From contig DAYA01000075.1 in the NCBI GenBank assembly GCA_002506705.1, positions 1 through 43,939 of the forward strand: 43,939 nt of DNA, given 5' to 3'. The notes under the pieces are model-generated. The model saw nothing but the letters and a program-made list of their open reading frames with translations, had not been told where the DNA came from and ran no database searches. The first letter of the stretch is position 1; each line of letters starts with the position of its first letter. The stretch comes from Euryarchaeota archaeon UBA550. Its GTDB lineage: Archaea; Thermoplasmatota; Poseidoniia; Poseidoniales; Poseidoniaceae. Below are positions 34,601 to 41,917 of the stretch, piece after piece. The translations under genes and the position numbers were made by a program.

Positions 34601-37307
34601 ATGAACCAATCCATCTCCTATGCTCTAATTCCCAGCCATCCGGCATTCCATCGCCATCAGAATCCGGGTTGGTTGCGTCAGTACCTGAATCGATTCCTAG
34701 AGATTGGAGATATGTGTTGTTTGCAGCAAGACCTGCAGCATCATCACACACGTGCTCGAAATCATACTGGTTAGTGTAGTGACAATTCAGAGGAGTTACT
34801 TCATGGAATATGCCGAAGTATTCTGCTCCGTCACCAACCCCGTCACCATCTGTATCAACCACACGAGGGTCGGTTGCATTGTATCCATTTGCAGTTGTGG
34901 CAGTATATCTGAACTCATCCAAATTCCTCCACAATCTTTCATTGATTGGATCGCTATCGAGATTGACACCATCTGCATCAGCGTCAAGAAGTGCATCCCA
35001 AGGGTCGGTTGGGTCTAAGCCATACCTGACTTCCCAACCATCCAACATTCCATCTGCATCTGAGTCATTTGCCATTGGATCCATCAGTTCGAGATTCGAG
35101 AATTTTCCTGGTCCAATGCCAACAAAAATCTTGTCAACCCCTTCAACTTGATGGACTATTGCTGCTGAAATATAACCTGGAATCCACTCTTGATTTGTCA
35201 TTCCATAAACGGCAGCATATCCGCCATTTATCGACCACATACCCCATCCTGATCCAACTATGAGCTCGTTTCCAGTTGAGTAAATAGAGGAAATATCGTT
35301 TGCAAAGTCAACTGTCTCTCCATCTACACCTTGGTGTTCTAAGTCGCCACCAAAAGTGATTAGTCCGGAAAGAAGGTCATATCGATGTAGTCCCGAAGGA
35401 GTTCCAATCCATACTACTTGCTCTTGGCCCCCGTCTGGCCCGTCACCAAGTAGAGCGTTTACGTGTGCTGGGTTCTTGTCAACTTCGGCACCTATGGTTC
35501 TGAGTTCATCAATATCTGTAGCGATTAGAGTAGGTTCCGGAGAGAAGTAAAATCTCCAATTAGGTGTTGCTGCATCTCTAGCAGTGGTTGTTTCAACAGT
35601 CAGCAATCCTACATCTGTTCCTACAAACAGAGTCAGAGAACCTCCTGTCGCATCCACATGTACAATAGAGGTCGCTGTAGCATTCCCTGTGTTTAATGCA
35701 TTTGTGATTCCGGTTCCAACACTCAGTTGTGACACGGAAATCTCGTTAATTTGGAAAACAGAACCGAATCCAGAATACCCAAGTGCGAGGACATAATCAT
35801 CCCCGCCATCTGCAATCAACTTTGCACCGGCAGTGTACCTTCCAGGGTAGAATTCCCATTGGCTGATTGGCTCGATTTCACCCTCGTTGTATTCTGCAAT
35901 CCAAACTCCTGCTTCAGTTACCATAACCACATGATTCTCTAAAACAATCATGTCATGCAGATCGTGTCCTTGAGGCAATTCATAATCGGTTGAAACATCG
36001 TTTTCGAAGTCGATTATTGAAATACCTAACTTAGTACCAACCCACAACCTTTCATCGTCATCGTGGAATCCTCTTATGTCGTGGTGCATTACAGATACTT
36101 CGTCTTCATCCGCTTCTTGGGATAGAATGTATTCTGTGTAAGTTCCCTCAGTCGCACTGAGATCTGCCGATCTCATCCCTGATTTCACCATGTTTCCATC
36201 GTCTAAGTGCACGAAGTATTCTTCAAGAGTGGATAATTGTTCACCGAGGGCTAATGCTTCTTTCGAGCGTTGTAAATCAAGACTGATAATTCCATCTCTA
36301 TTGGCATCCCAACCGTCGTTATCTAGATCAATCAATGCATTAGAACGATTCAGTGGGTCAAGACCAAAGTGGATTTCCCAACCATCCGTGATACCATCTC
36401 CGCTAGATGGGAATAAACGACGGTGCTTAACACCGTCATAGTTGAATCTGTCACTATCATCTTCAATTGGGTTGGTACCCAGCCAAACGTATTCATCGAT
36501 GACGCCATCAGTTCCGTTTCTGGCACAGGCATCAAGAATGTTGGTTAGTTTGGTAGAGTTACTGTTTTCTGAGATAAATGGCCACTCACTCAATACCGAT
36601 GACTCTGGATTTGGGGCATGACATCTAAGTCCATCCAGTTCGTTTGTCCAATTTGCAGGTGCACCGTAGAGGTATTCCTCAGGAGAGGTAAGTAACTCAT
36701 TCACACTCATGAATCCATCACGGTTTACATCGAATCCATCGTCATCAGGATCTAAATCAGCATCACTTGCGTTCAATGGGTCAAACATTTCACAGACGTA
36801 TCTCTGTTCTTCGGTATCAAATCCACCGAGTTTTTCGCACATGTGTGCCTCATAGCCATCCGGCATTCCGTCTCCATCGGTATCTGCAACCCTAGGGTCG
36901 AGATACCAACGTTCACCAGATTCGTTAATCACTCCTGTAAGCCCCCTTGTAAATCCTGGGTCAACACATTCTGCTGGGTAAGGCCAACAATATTCCTCCG
37001 TAGCATTGAGGCCATCTAGGTCGATGTCAACGTAAGCATCGGAAGCATCGTCTTTATCCAACCCTTTCATCGCTACAGCCCTGTCATCAGGGGAAGAGAA
37101 ATTTATCCACTCGCTAAACAAATTCTCATGCACATCTGGAATATTGTCTCCATCTGAATCGGTAGCCGGAGGCCTTTCACCTTCCGTCAAGTTGGGATTG
37201 GTTGTACCCACGTTAGAGATAGCGGGTAATTGTGAAACGAAAAACAAACCTAGTACCACGAGAACAGTCATGAGAAGCGTTGATTGAGAGCGTCGCATTG
37301 TCATCAC
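31620..37307 (-). CDS. Giant (1895 aa) secreted protein: >20 thrombospondin type 3-like Ca-binding repeats flanking a Reg_prop-like beta-propeller
   Basis: - Signal peptide: MRRSQSTLLMTVLVVLGLFFVSQLPAIS.
- D-x-D-x-DG-x-x-D-x-(W/Y)-E motifs occur throughout: DSDGDNIPDVHE, DTDGDGMPDGYE, DSDADGMLDGWE, DSDGDGMPDGWE, DSDGDGLPDGWE, DSDSDGMPDGWE, DTDGDGFLDGLE, DTDDDGMIDGYE, DSDQDGIDDGWE, DTDGDMLPDWYE, DTDGDWLVDWFE and others.
- Propeller blades at aa ~405-740 (35088-36095): LWVGTKLGISIIDF, LFVGTDVGLLTVE, VVWIGTPSGLHRYD.
- No TM anchor.
- The track start is GTG 37305-37307. The ATG at 37296-37298 has AGGTGAT 4 nt upstream and is the likelier start. Confidence 0.9.
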   Translation of the reverse strand: MMTMRRSQSTLLMTVLVVLGLFFVSQLPAISNVGTTNPNLTEGERPPATDSDGDNIPDVHENLFSEWINFSSPDDRAVAMKGLDKDDASDAYVDIDLDGLNATEEYCWPYPAECVDPGFTRGLTGVINESGERWYLDPRVADTDGDGMPDGYEAHMCEKLGGFDTEEQRYVCEMFDPLNASDADLDPDDDGFDVNRDGFMSVNELLTSPEEYLYGAPANWTNELDGLRCHAPNPESSVLSEWPFISENSNSTKLTNILDACARNGTDGVIDEYVWLGTNPIEDDSDRFNYDGVKHRRLFPSSGDGITDGWEIHFGLDPLNRSNALIDLDNDGWDANRDGIISLDLQRSKEALALGEQLSTLEEYFVHLDDGNMVKSGMRSADLSATEGTYTEYILSQEADEDEVSVMHHDIRGFHDDDERLWVGTKLGISIIDFENDVSTDYELPQGHDLHDMIVLENHVVMVTEAGVWIAEYNEGEIEPISQWEFYPGRYTAGAKLIADGGDDYVLALGYSGFGSVFQINEISVSQLSVGTGITNALNTGNATATSIVHVDATGGSLTLFVGTDVGLLTVETTTARDAATPNWRFYFSPEPTLIATDIDELRTIGAEVDKNPAHVNALLGDGPDGGQEQVVWIGTPSGLHRYDLLSGLITFGGDLEHQGVDGETVDFANDISSIYSTGNELIVGSGWGMWSINGGYAAVYGMTNQEWIPGYISAAIVHQVEGVDKIFVGIGPGKFSNLELMDPMANDSDADGMLDGWEVRYGLDPTDPWDALLDADADGVNLDSDPINERLWRNLDEFRYTATTANGYNATDPRVVDTDGDGVGDGAEYFGIFHEVTPLNCHYTNQYDFEHVCDDAAGLAANNTYLQSLGIDSGTDATNPDSDGDGMPDGWELEHRRWIGSSFTGSNNWTMDPSDPNDAEWDADGDGLTNLCEYQWSLVKDAGLIGDLLESHFETESAVGLWVEPDPNNRDSDGDGLPDGWEARGACTWDVSRVGINPLNGSDAFENPDGDGYDINHNGVIEENEAFVNWLEYNIRDDLFDGNMTLDGEELPNNFSTDLFRNISDWGAPEDNFGDGILTGDPTDADSDSDGMPDGWEIWYARWELLDSKWSLDPLNSEDRWDDSDDDGMSNWEEYNSISPELSETNANRTSPQWYVTTIGAGYTIQQWAGITNTESFGSFVGQDIINVSGWTTDPTNPDTDGDGFLDGLELMFTAWNDTAQTWTLNPLVPGDGSFDADDDALTDAQEFSLVTTNPENGESHPIDAPLLHIDGDLNDPTQKAQRVYTIILDKGQRGKRHLDQFTEWQSTGIANNFISTLMGITDPTIADTDDDGMIDGYEYWFTSWDLENNRWSMNPLIDSDQWLDSDMDSVDCDRDGNISLEEQFTNKREYESRVYGKFSQRLTTGSGLIGFGDDTIDAYVEEGYTEAEARRAIFNTFVGKDSISAARMMKINSADSNTFNRTLFGISDPTNSDSDQDGIDDGWEFCYAVYGLPDPTTQNHWSTNPVNPFDVNYDPDSDGWYGRTSFDIPAPQGNWENREFTPSGEVIQSGIGDLPFTNLMEYLNGTRPDTNDSDNDAVTFNTLLSSGQVVSHDRDWNLSDGREVFKYGTNPMDNDTDGDMLPDWYEYEKGWNESNDNFSSRLKVEVQWIDPGTGGACTSSTVSCRPLSQDAGTLSRPELGWTWATFDPRDPLDANEDPDQDGNWDCSGASCEYTAYTNFMEFFAVANPNLDSPDSVRLSGETWNGSPITEWWHFRAFTLGLGESTEDQTNYLGMNKKNIDDLSYALIIDDMDTDFLVLDTGNDVLLCSGDVTDNWDLYYTGSTNRAPAVDLGEHEFGWYLLDLDDDHIAEGSDPLNWDTDGDWLVDWFEVKDDEEDGMRGDSSPIRYDSRNTS

Positions 37308-37385
37308 CTACGGGCGCGGTAGCACCCATACGGATTGTTACTACTGAATCAGCCTTAATATAGTGATGGAGCAATGTTCAGACTC

Positions 37386-37404
37386 AGATTACCTTTGGTA
37401 ATCT
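37386..37404. promoter_or_regulatory. Perfect 8 bp inverted repeat AGATTACC-TTT-GGTAATCT in the divergent intergenic region
   Basis: Read directly from the sequence. It sits ~80-100 nt from both the giant-gene start and the MBL start. It is either a candidate operator or an RNA hairpin. Confidence 0.3.
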
Positions 37405-37461
37405 AAAACGCTTAATCAAATCATCACAAAATAAGAAATTCAAGGGGTGAGTTCAAGGGCC

Positions 37462-37471
37462 CAACGCGTTG
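37462..37471. promoter_or_regulatory. Perfect 10 nt palindrome CAACGCGTTG, 18-27 nt upstream of the MBL start
   Basis: Read directly. It is embedded in a longer imperfect palindrome, AAGGGCCCAACGCGTTGCCGTCCCTT (37455-37480). It occupies the position where a TATA/BRE or repressor site would be expected. Confidence 0.25.
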
Positions 37472-37488
37472 CCGTCCCTTAGTTCGAG

Positions 37489-38307
37489 ATGTCCCTAACA
37501 TTCACCCACCTTGGAACTGGTAGTCGCGGTAATGCGACTCTGGTAGAGAGTGGTGATGCAAAAGTACTGATTGACCAAGGTTTCTCTGGCAAACAACTCG
37601 AAACTAGGCTTGCGAGGATGGAAATCAATCCAACAGAAATTGATGCGATTGTTCTAACCCACCATCATGGCGATCACGGAGGAGGCGCATCAATCGCTCA
37701 GAGGAGATGGAACATACCCATCTTTTGCAATGACAGAACAGCGACTGCACTGAATCTCGACTTGAAAGGGGTTCAACTTTTTGAAAGTCTAGAAGCACTA
37801 AATTTCGCAGACGACTTAGCACTATTACCCGTACCAGTACCTCACAGCGGCGCAGACAATGTCGCATTCATTGCAAGCCATAGAGGCGAGAGGGGAGCTG
37901 TAATCACAGATTTAGGCTCATGGACTGACGAATTGGTAACCCATGTTGCAGGATGCCAACATATCTCAATAGAAGCGAACTATGACCACAACAGGTTATG
38001 GAACGGTCCTTATCCTAGACGACTGAAAGACCGCATTGCGGGAAGAGGAGGTCACCTTTCCAACGACCAAACAGGACAATTCCTTTCACAAGTAGTTGAC
38101 AAAAATACTCGGTCCCTTGTTCTGACTCACTTATCAGAAAAGAACAATGCACCGCATATTGCTGAATCTAGCGTACTGTACCACATCGACGAAATGTTCG
38201 AAGGCGATATTCAGATTTCTCTACAAGATGGACCTGAATTCTCACACCACATCGGACAAACAGAAAGTGAGAGAGTTGCTCGGCGAGGATTAACACTTCG
38301 AGGATAA
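37489..38307 (+). CDS. Metallo-beta-lactamase fold hydrolase, YycJ/WalJ-like
   Basis: LGTGSRGNATLVESGDAKVLIDQGFSGKQLE...IDAIVLTHHHGDHGGG carries the HxHxDH motif. The overall N-terminal pattern resembles B. subtilis YycJ-type MBL exonucleases. 272 aa. Confidence 0.8.
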   Translation: MSLTFTHLGTGSRGNATLVESGDAKVLIDQGFSGKQLETRLARMEINPTEIDAIVLTHHHGDHGGGASIAQRRWNIPIFCNDRTATALNLDLKGVQLFESLEALNFADDLALLPVPVPHSGADNVAFIASHRGERGAVITDLGSWTDELVTHVAGCQHISIEANYDHNRLWNGPYPRRLKDRIAGRGGHLSNDQTGQFLSQVVDKNTRSLVLTHLSEKNNAPHIAESSVLYHIDEMFEGDIQISLQDGPEFSHHIGQTESERVARRGLTLRG

Positions 38308-38328
38308 GCCCTGTAAGGGCTTGTTTTT
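38306..38328 (+). terminator. Hairpin AAGCCC-TGTAA-GGGCTT followed by GTTTTT
   Basis: 6 bp stem starting inside the TAA stop (38305-38307), followed by a T5 run at 38324-38328. This is intrinsic-terminator-like. It lies 40 nt upstream of the first pilin-like gene. Confidence 0.5.
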
Positions 38329-38367
38329 GGTGAAACCCTAAGAGGGTGGTTCACTCTCTCCTACACA

Positions 38368-39405
38368 ATGAGGTCACAACGCAAGTCCGATAGTGACCTC
38401 GCAGTCAGTGAAGTCATCGGTGTTGTGATGCTACTTGCGATGGTGATCACAATGATGGGAGGGGTGTTTGTATTCCTTACCCCATATGTCAATGATTTTC
38501 AAGACAATACCGCATGGTCAAACGCAAATGGGATTGCTGAAAGGCTAGACGGAAGGATTGATGTCGTTGCAGGCGCAAGTGCTGACACCGGACTTAGAAC
38601 TACAATTCCCCTAACTATGAGCTCAATTTCTCCTATCATTAGTGCAGAAGTGTGGACTGTCTCAGCAGATTTGACTGCGGAAGAGATTGTCACAGTCGAG
38701 TACATTAATCAAACTACATTCAGTGTTACCTCGGAAAACGAAACAGCCGACCGTGCCATAATTTGGACTGAAAGCGGGGAAGTCGAAATAACATTCAATG
38801 AAACTTACGAAGAGGTTTTGATAACCCATAACTTGAGTGTTGCAGACATATACATCGTAACAATATTCGATGGGGAAAACGAGATTCATAAGCATGCAAA
38901 GATACCAATCTCAGGACTAATGGTAAAGACGAAAGTACAGACAGGTGAGCATTCTATTGGACTACTGAACGACGCTCGTTACGACAAATTCTCTGATGAA
39001 ACCTGGAGCATAACTTCATTTCCTGACATGAATATAGAAGAGTTATTCGACGGCACAATGAGGGCTAGTTTGTCTCTGAGAGACGTAGATACTGCCGGTG
39101 CGATTCCTGACGGCAGAAACGCAGTCTTCGACGTCCGCTCTGAAGGCCCAATTACTCTCTTTAGTGGTGATGCATGGAACTTCAGATTTACATTTGAATC
39201 ATCATTGGGCCCAACTGTCGCCCCACAGATGACTGAAGGATGGCTAACCGACTACAACCTTCACAGAGCGTCTAACACTTTAGACCAGCATAGAGGTATC
39301 AGTCCGTGGTTAAGGGCAAGCGGAATCGATGGTCTGACAATAGACCACGGTAATTCTGTTATCGATTTAGAAATCGAATTACAATTAGTGGAGGTTAGCA
39401 AATGA
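38368..39405 (+). CDS. Archaeal type IV pilin-like protein (class III signal peptide, DUF1628/Pilin_N-type N-terminus), 345 aa
   Basis: The N-terminus MRSQRKSDSDLAVSEVIGVVMLLAMVITMMGGVFVFL matches the archaeal Pilin_N pattern (charged n-region, A-V-S-x-V-I-G-V, ~20 aa hydrophobic helix). The stop overlaps the next start (ATGA at 39402-39405). Confidence 0.65.
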   Translation: MRSQRKSDSDLAVSEVIGVVMLLAMVITMMGGVFVFLTPYVNDFQDNTAWSNANGIAERLDGRIDVVAGASADTGLRTTIPLTMSSISPIISAEVWTVSADLTAEEIVTVEYINQTTFSVTSENETADRAIIWTESGEVEITFNETYEEVLITHNLSVADIYIVTIFDGENEIHKHAKIPISGLMVKTKVQTGEHSIGLLNDARYDKFSDETWSITSFPDMNIEELFDGTMRASLSLRDVDTAGAIPDGRNAVFDVRSEGPITLFSGDAWNFRFTFESSLGPTVAPQMTEGWLTDYNLHRASNTLDQHRGISPWLRASGIDGLTIDHGNSVIDLEIELQLVEVSK

Positions 39406-41450
39406 TTCGCAATAACCTCCGCAGAGACGAGGAAGCAGTAAGCGCTGCTGTAGCCACGGTCCTACTCTTCGGCGGAGTAATTTCAATTATTGGAATTATG
39501 TTACTTTCATTAATGCCAGTTATACAAGAATTAGAGGGTTCTCTCAAGAGGAACGACATGCAAGCTCAAATGGAAATAATGGCACATGAGGTCACATTAC
39601 TTTCTGAATCCGGATTACCCGGCGATTCAAGTCAAGTAGAACTTATTCCGGTCGATGGAGAACTTAGATGGGATAGATTCAGGGGAGGTATGTGGTACTC
39701 TGCATCTTGGTATGAAGGTGATACTTTCAGAATTCAAGGAGCTTTAGACTTGGATAGAAATATTGAGGTTAGGCATGCTGAAAGCAACGTACAAGCGATT
39801 TGCTACGAAGACATGAGACTAGGTCCGGATAGACCATTCATTTTTACACCTAATAATCAAACTGATACAGTATTAGTAACGCCCAAACACGGTTTGACAA
39901 TACCGCTTGGTCCTGTAGAAATTGAACACGCTGGGATAGAACACACCCTTTCGATAGGAGAAGTCATGAGTTTAGATTCAAACAGCCAAATCAAATCAAG
40001 TCATGATTTGGTTGGATTACAGTTGAAGGGAGATTCAGGGGTTGCACTAATGCCTCCCTCCAAGCCAGACCCCGCAACCGGTAAGGGGCAGCATTGGGCA
40101 ATTCCTTTACCATCGGGAGAAACGACAATTGAAGTCTTTGCAAACGATGATATTCTCGTTCAATGGCATACTCTCACCGATTCTGGGCAAGAGGCTGTAC
40201 CCCAAACCAATGCGGTTAGAATAGCGAATTCATGGACAAAAACATTCAACCTTTCAGAGATTAGTTTAGTGGAGATAGTTACTGACGTAGATGCTCATCT
40301 GATAATTTACCATGGAGATTCTGGCAAAACATCTCTACTGGGAGAAGAGGGTAATTATCTCTCTAAGCACTTCATAGCGCCTTCTCAATCTGGAAATTTG
40401 TCATTCTCTAATCCTAGTCAGAATGCTGCAACGATTACATGGAAAAATGGTGGTATCTCAGTGCCTGCCAACCAAACTATTGAAGTTGAGTGGCCTCCTT
40501 CAAACATCGATAGCGCTGCAATCTTAGAAAGTAGCGAGAATGTCATTATTCAGTGGAAACTAAATGGCAAGGGAATGACATTGTTGCCAGCCACAGATAC
40601 AGGCCAAATCACTGGTCTAGAATTCATTGAAGATAATTCACAGACGACTATCAACTACTCCTCTGAATATGATGACTACAAATCAATTTTAGCAAAAGAT
40701 GGAAATTCAGGAGTTCTTGCATTAGAGGATGATGGAGCCATGCGTTGTGTTGCAATAGACCAAACTGCATCAGGATGGATTTCAACAACTCTGCCGTGGA
40801 AATCAATGAATGGTATACCTGAAGGGCAAATCATCACTGCTTGGAGAGATGGGGATCACCCGGCAAGTATCGAGATAACTTTGATCGGGACTGAAGGAGA
40901 TGCAACCCACGCCAACCTAGCCACTGCATGGGCATTCCATATCTCAAGACTAACTTACGAATTTGATACCTCGATTACTGGACTGGAGGTGGCATGGTCC
41001 GCTGGTGCAGTTGTTACAAATCATCCCGAGTTGGACCCGACTATACTGGTCGGACCAACAGATAGACAAGGTCCCGGACCAAGGTTTAGCGCAACAATAC
41101 CTTCTATGCACCCTACAAAAACATCAGTTACTGGTAGCGGTATAATGGATCTCGACATTGAATTATCCATGAGAGAAAGTTTAGCGTCAACTACAGCATA
41201 TGATGTTAGAAGAGGATGGGTAGGACCATACGGAGATGCGGTTGCTTCTTGGGCAAGCACGAGCCTAGAGACTTCCGAAGACTGGATAGTTAACCCTGGA
41301 AGAATTGACTTACTAACTGACTATGTTGGCTGGGTCCCTGTTCCAACAGTTGGACCTAGTGAAGCTGTATGGCATACAGCAGGTCAACCAATACAATTCA
41401 ACCTGCAAATAAGCAGCCTGAATGTTGAAATTTCGGAGGCTGGGTCATGA
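39402..41450 (+). CDS. Large pilin-like protein with class III-type N-terminus, 682 aa
   Basis: N-terminus: MIRNNLRRDEEAVSAAVATVLLFGGVISIIGIMLLSLMP. GGAGG (39390-39394) lies 7 nt upstream of the ATG. The stop overlaps the next start (ATGA at 41447-41450). Confidence 0.6.
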   Translation: MIRNNLRRDEEAVSAAVATVLLFGGVISIIGIMLLSLMPVIQELEGSLKRNDMQAQMEIMAHEVTLLSESGLPGDSSQVELIPVDGELRWDRFRGGMWYSASWYEGDTFRIQGALDLDRNIEVRHAESNVQAICYEDMRLGPDRPFIFTPNNQTDTVLVTPKHGLTIPLGPVEIEHAGIEHTLSIGEVMSLDSNSQIKSSHDLVGLQLKGDSGVALMPPSKPDPATGKGQHWAIPLPSGETTIEVFANDDILVQWHTLTDSGQEAVPQTNAVRIANSWTKTFNLSEISLVEIVTDVDAHLIIYHGDSGKTSLLGEEGNYLSKHFIAPSQSGNLSFSNPSQNAATITWKNGGISVPANQTIEVEWPPSNIDSAAILESSENVIIQWKLNGKGMTLLPATDTGQITGLEFIEDNSQTTINYSSEYDDYKSILAKDGNSGVLALEDDGAMRCVAIDQTASGWISTTLPWKSMNGIPEGQIITAWRDGDHPASIEITLIGTEGDATHANLATAWAFHISRLTYEFDTSITGLEVAWSAGAVVTNHPELDPTILVGPTDRQGPGPRFSATIPSMHPTKTSVTGSGIMDLDIELSMRESLASTTAYDVRRGWVGPYGDAVASWASTSLETSEDWIVNPGRIDLLTDYVGWVPVPTVGPSEAVWHTAGQPIQFNLQISSLNVEISEAGS

Positions 41451-41917
41451 CGAGTAGATTGGTTGAGGACGAATCTGGAGCAAGTACAGAACTTGGCTAC
41501 ATTTTCACATTCATGCTCGGAGTATTGTTCCTGTCAATGTTTAGTGTATGGGCGTTTGGCCTAGAAACCTCAACAAGAGAAAATTGGAATACAACCGCTG
41601 TTGATGTAAACATGGCAGATATTGCTGCTGCGGTCGAAAGGGCCGACACTGCAAGCAGAGAAGACTCCAGTGTAAGTTATGCAGAAGTTGTGACATGGAG
41701 ATTAACCGAAGCTGATGAGACAGAATTTGTTCTCACCCTAGATGACACAGGATTATCACTTGACCATAGCGAGAATGAACTGGATAGGGAGGTTTCGATA
41801 TCAGGAACAGGATATGGCACATATGATGGAAGAATCAATCTTTCAGGAACCGCAGAAATTTGGATCGTCTACCACGAAGGCGTGACCTATCTATCAACAA
41901 CTAGACCAGATTTCTGA
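41447..41917 (+). CDS. Small pilin-like protein with class III-type N-terminus, 156 aa
   Basis: The N-terminus MTSRLVEDESGASTELGYIFTFMLGVLFLSMFSVWAF resembles the (A/G)-(V/S)-S-x-x-L-G-Y-(V/I) N-termini of haloarchaeal pilin-like DUF proteins. GGAGG (41435-41439) lies 7 nt upstream of the ATG. Confidence 0.6.
   Translation: MTSRLVEDESGASTELGYIFTFMLGVLFLSMFSVWAFGLETSTRENWNTTAVDVNMADIAAAVERADTASREDSSVSYAEVVTWRLTEADETEFVLTLDDTGLSLDHSENELDREVSISGTGYGTYDGRINLSGTAEIWIVYHEGVTYLSTTRPDF

Noticed and set aside
31627-36441. Many 60-120 aa plus-strand ORFs inside the 1895 aa gene (for example 33892-34257, 34810-35151, 32392-32709)
   Set aside because: The same reasoning applies. They are the antisense frames of a D/G/W-rich coding region and yield serine/proline-rich peptides. 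No independent support.
31620-37307. Periodic short repeats that could be mistaken for a CRISPR-like or satellite array
   Set aside because: The periodicity comes from in-frame TSP3-type DxDxDG codons with variable spacing and degenerate nucleotide sequence. There are no identical direct repeats with unique spacers.
37308-37488. Possible tRNA or C/D box sRNA in the longest intergenic region
   Set aside because: No acceptor or T-arm pairing could be built around GAGTTCAAGGG. On the minus strand, GTGATGA (C-box-like) is not followed by a CTGA D' box at the required ~12 nt spacing, and no terminal C/D kink-turn pairing is evident. The region is better explained as promoter and operator DNA.
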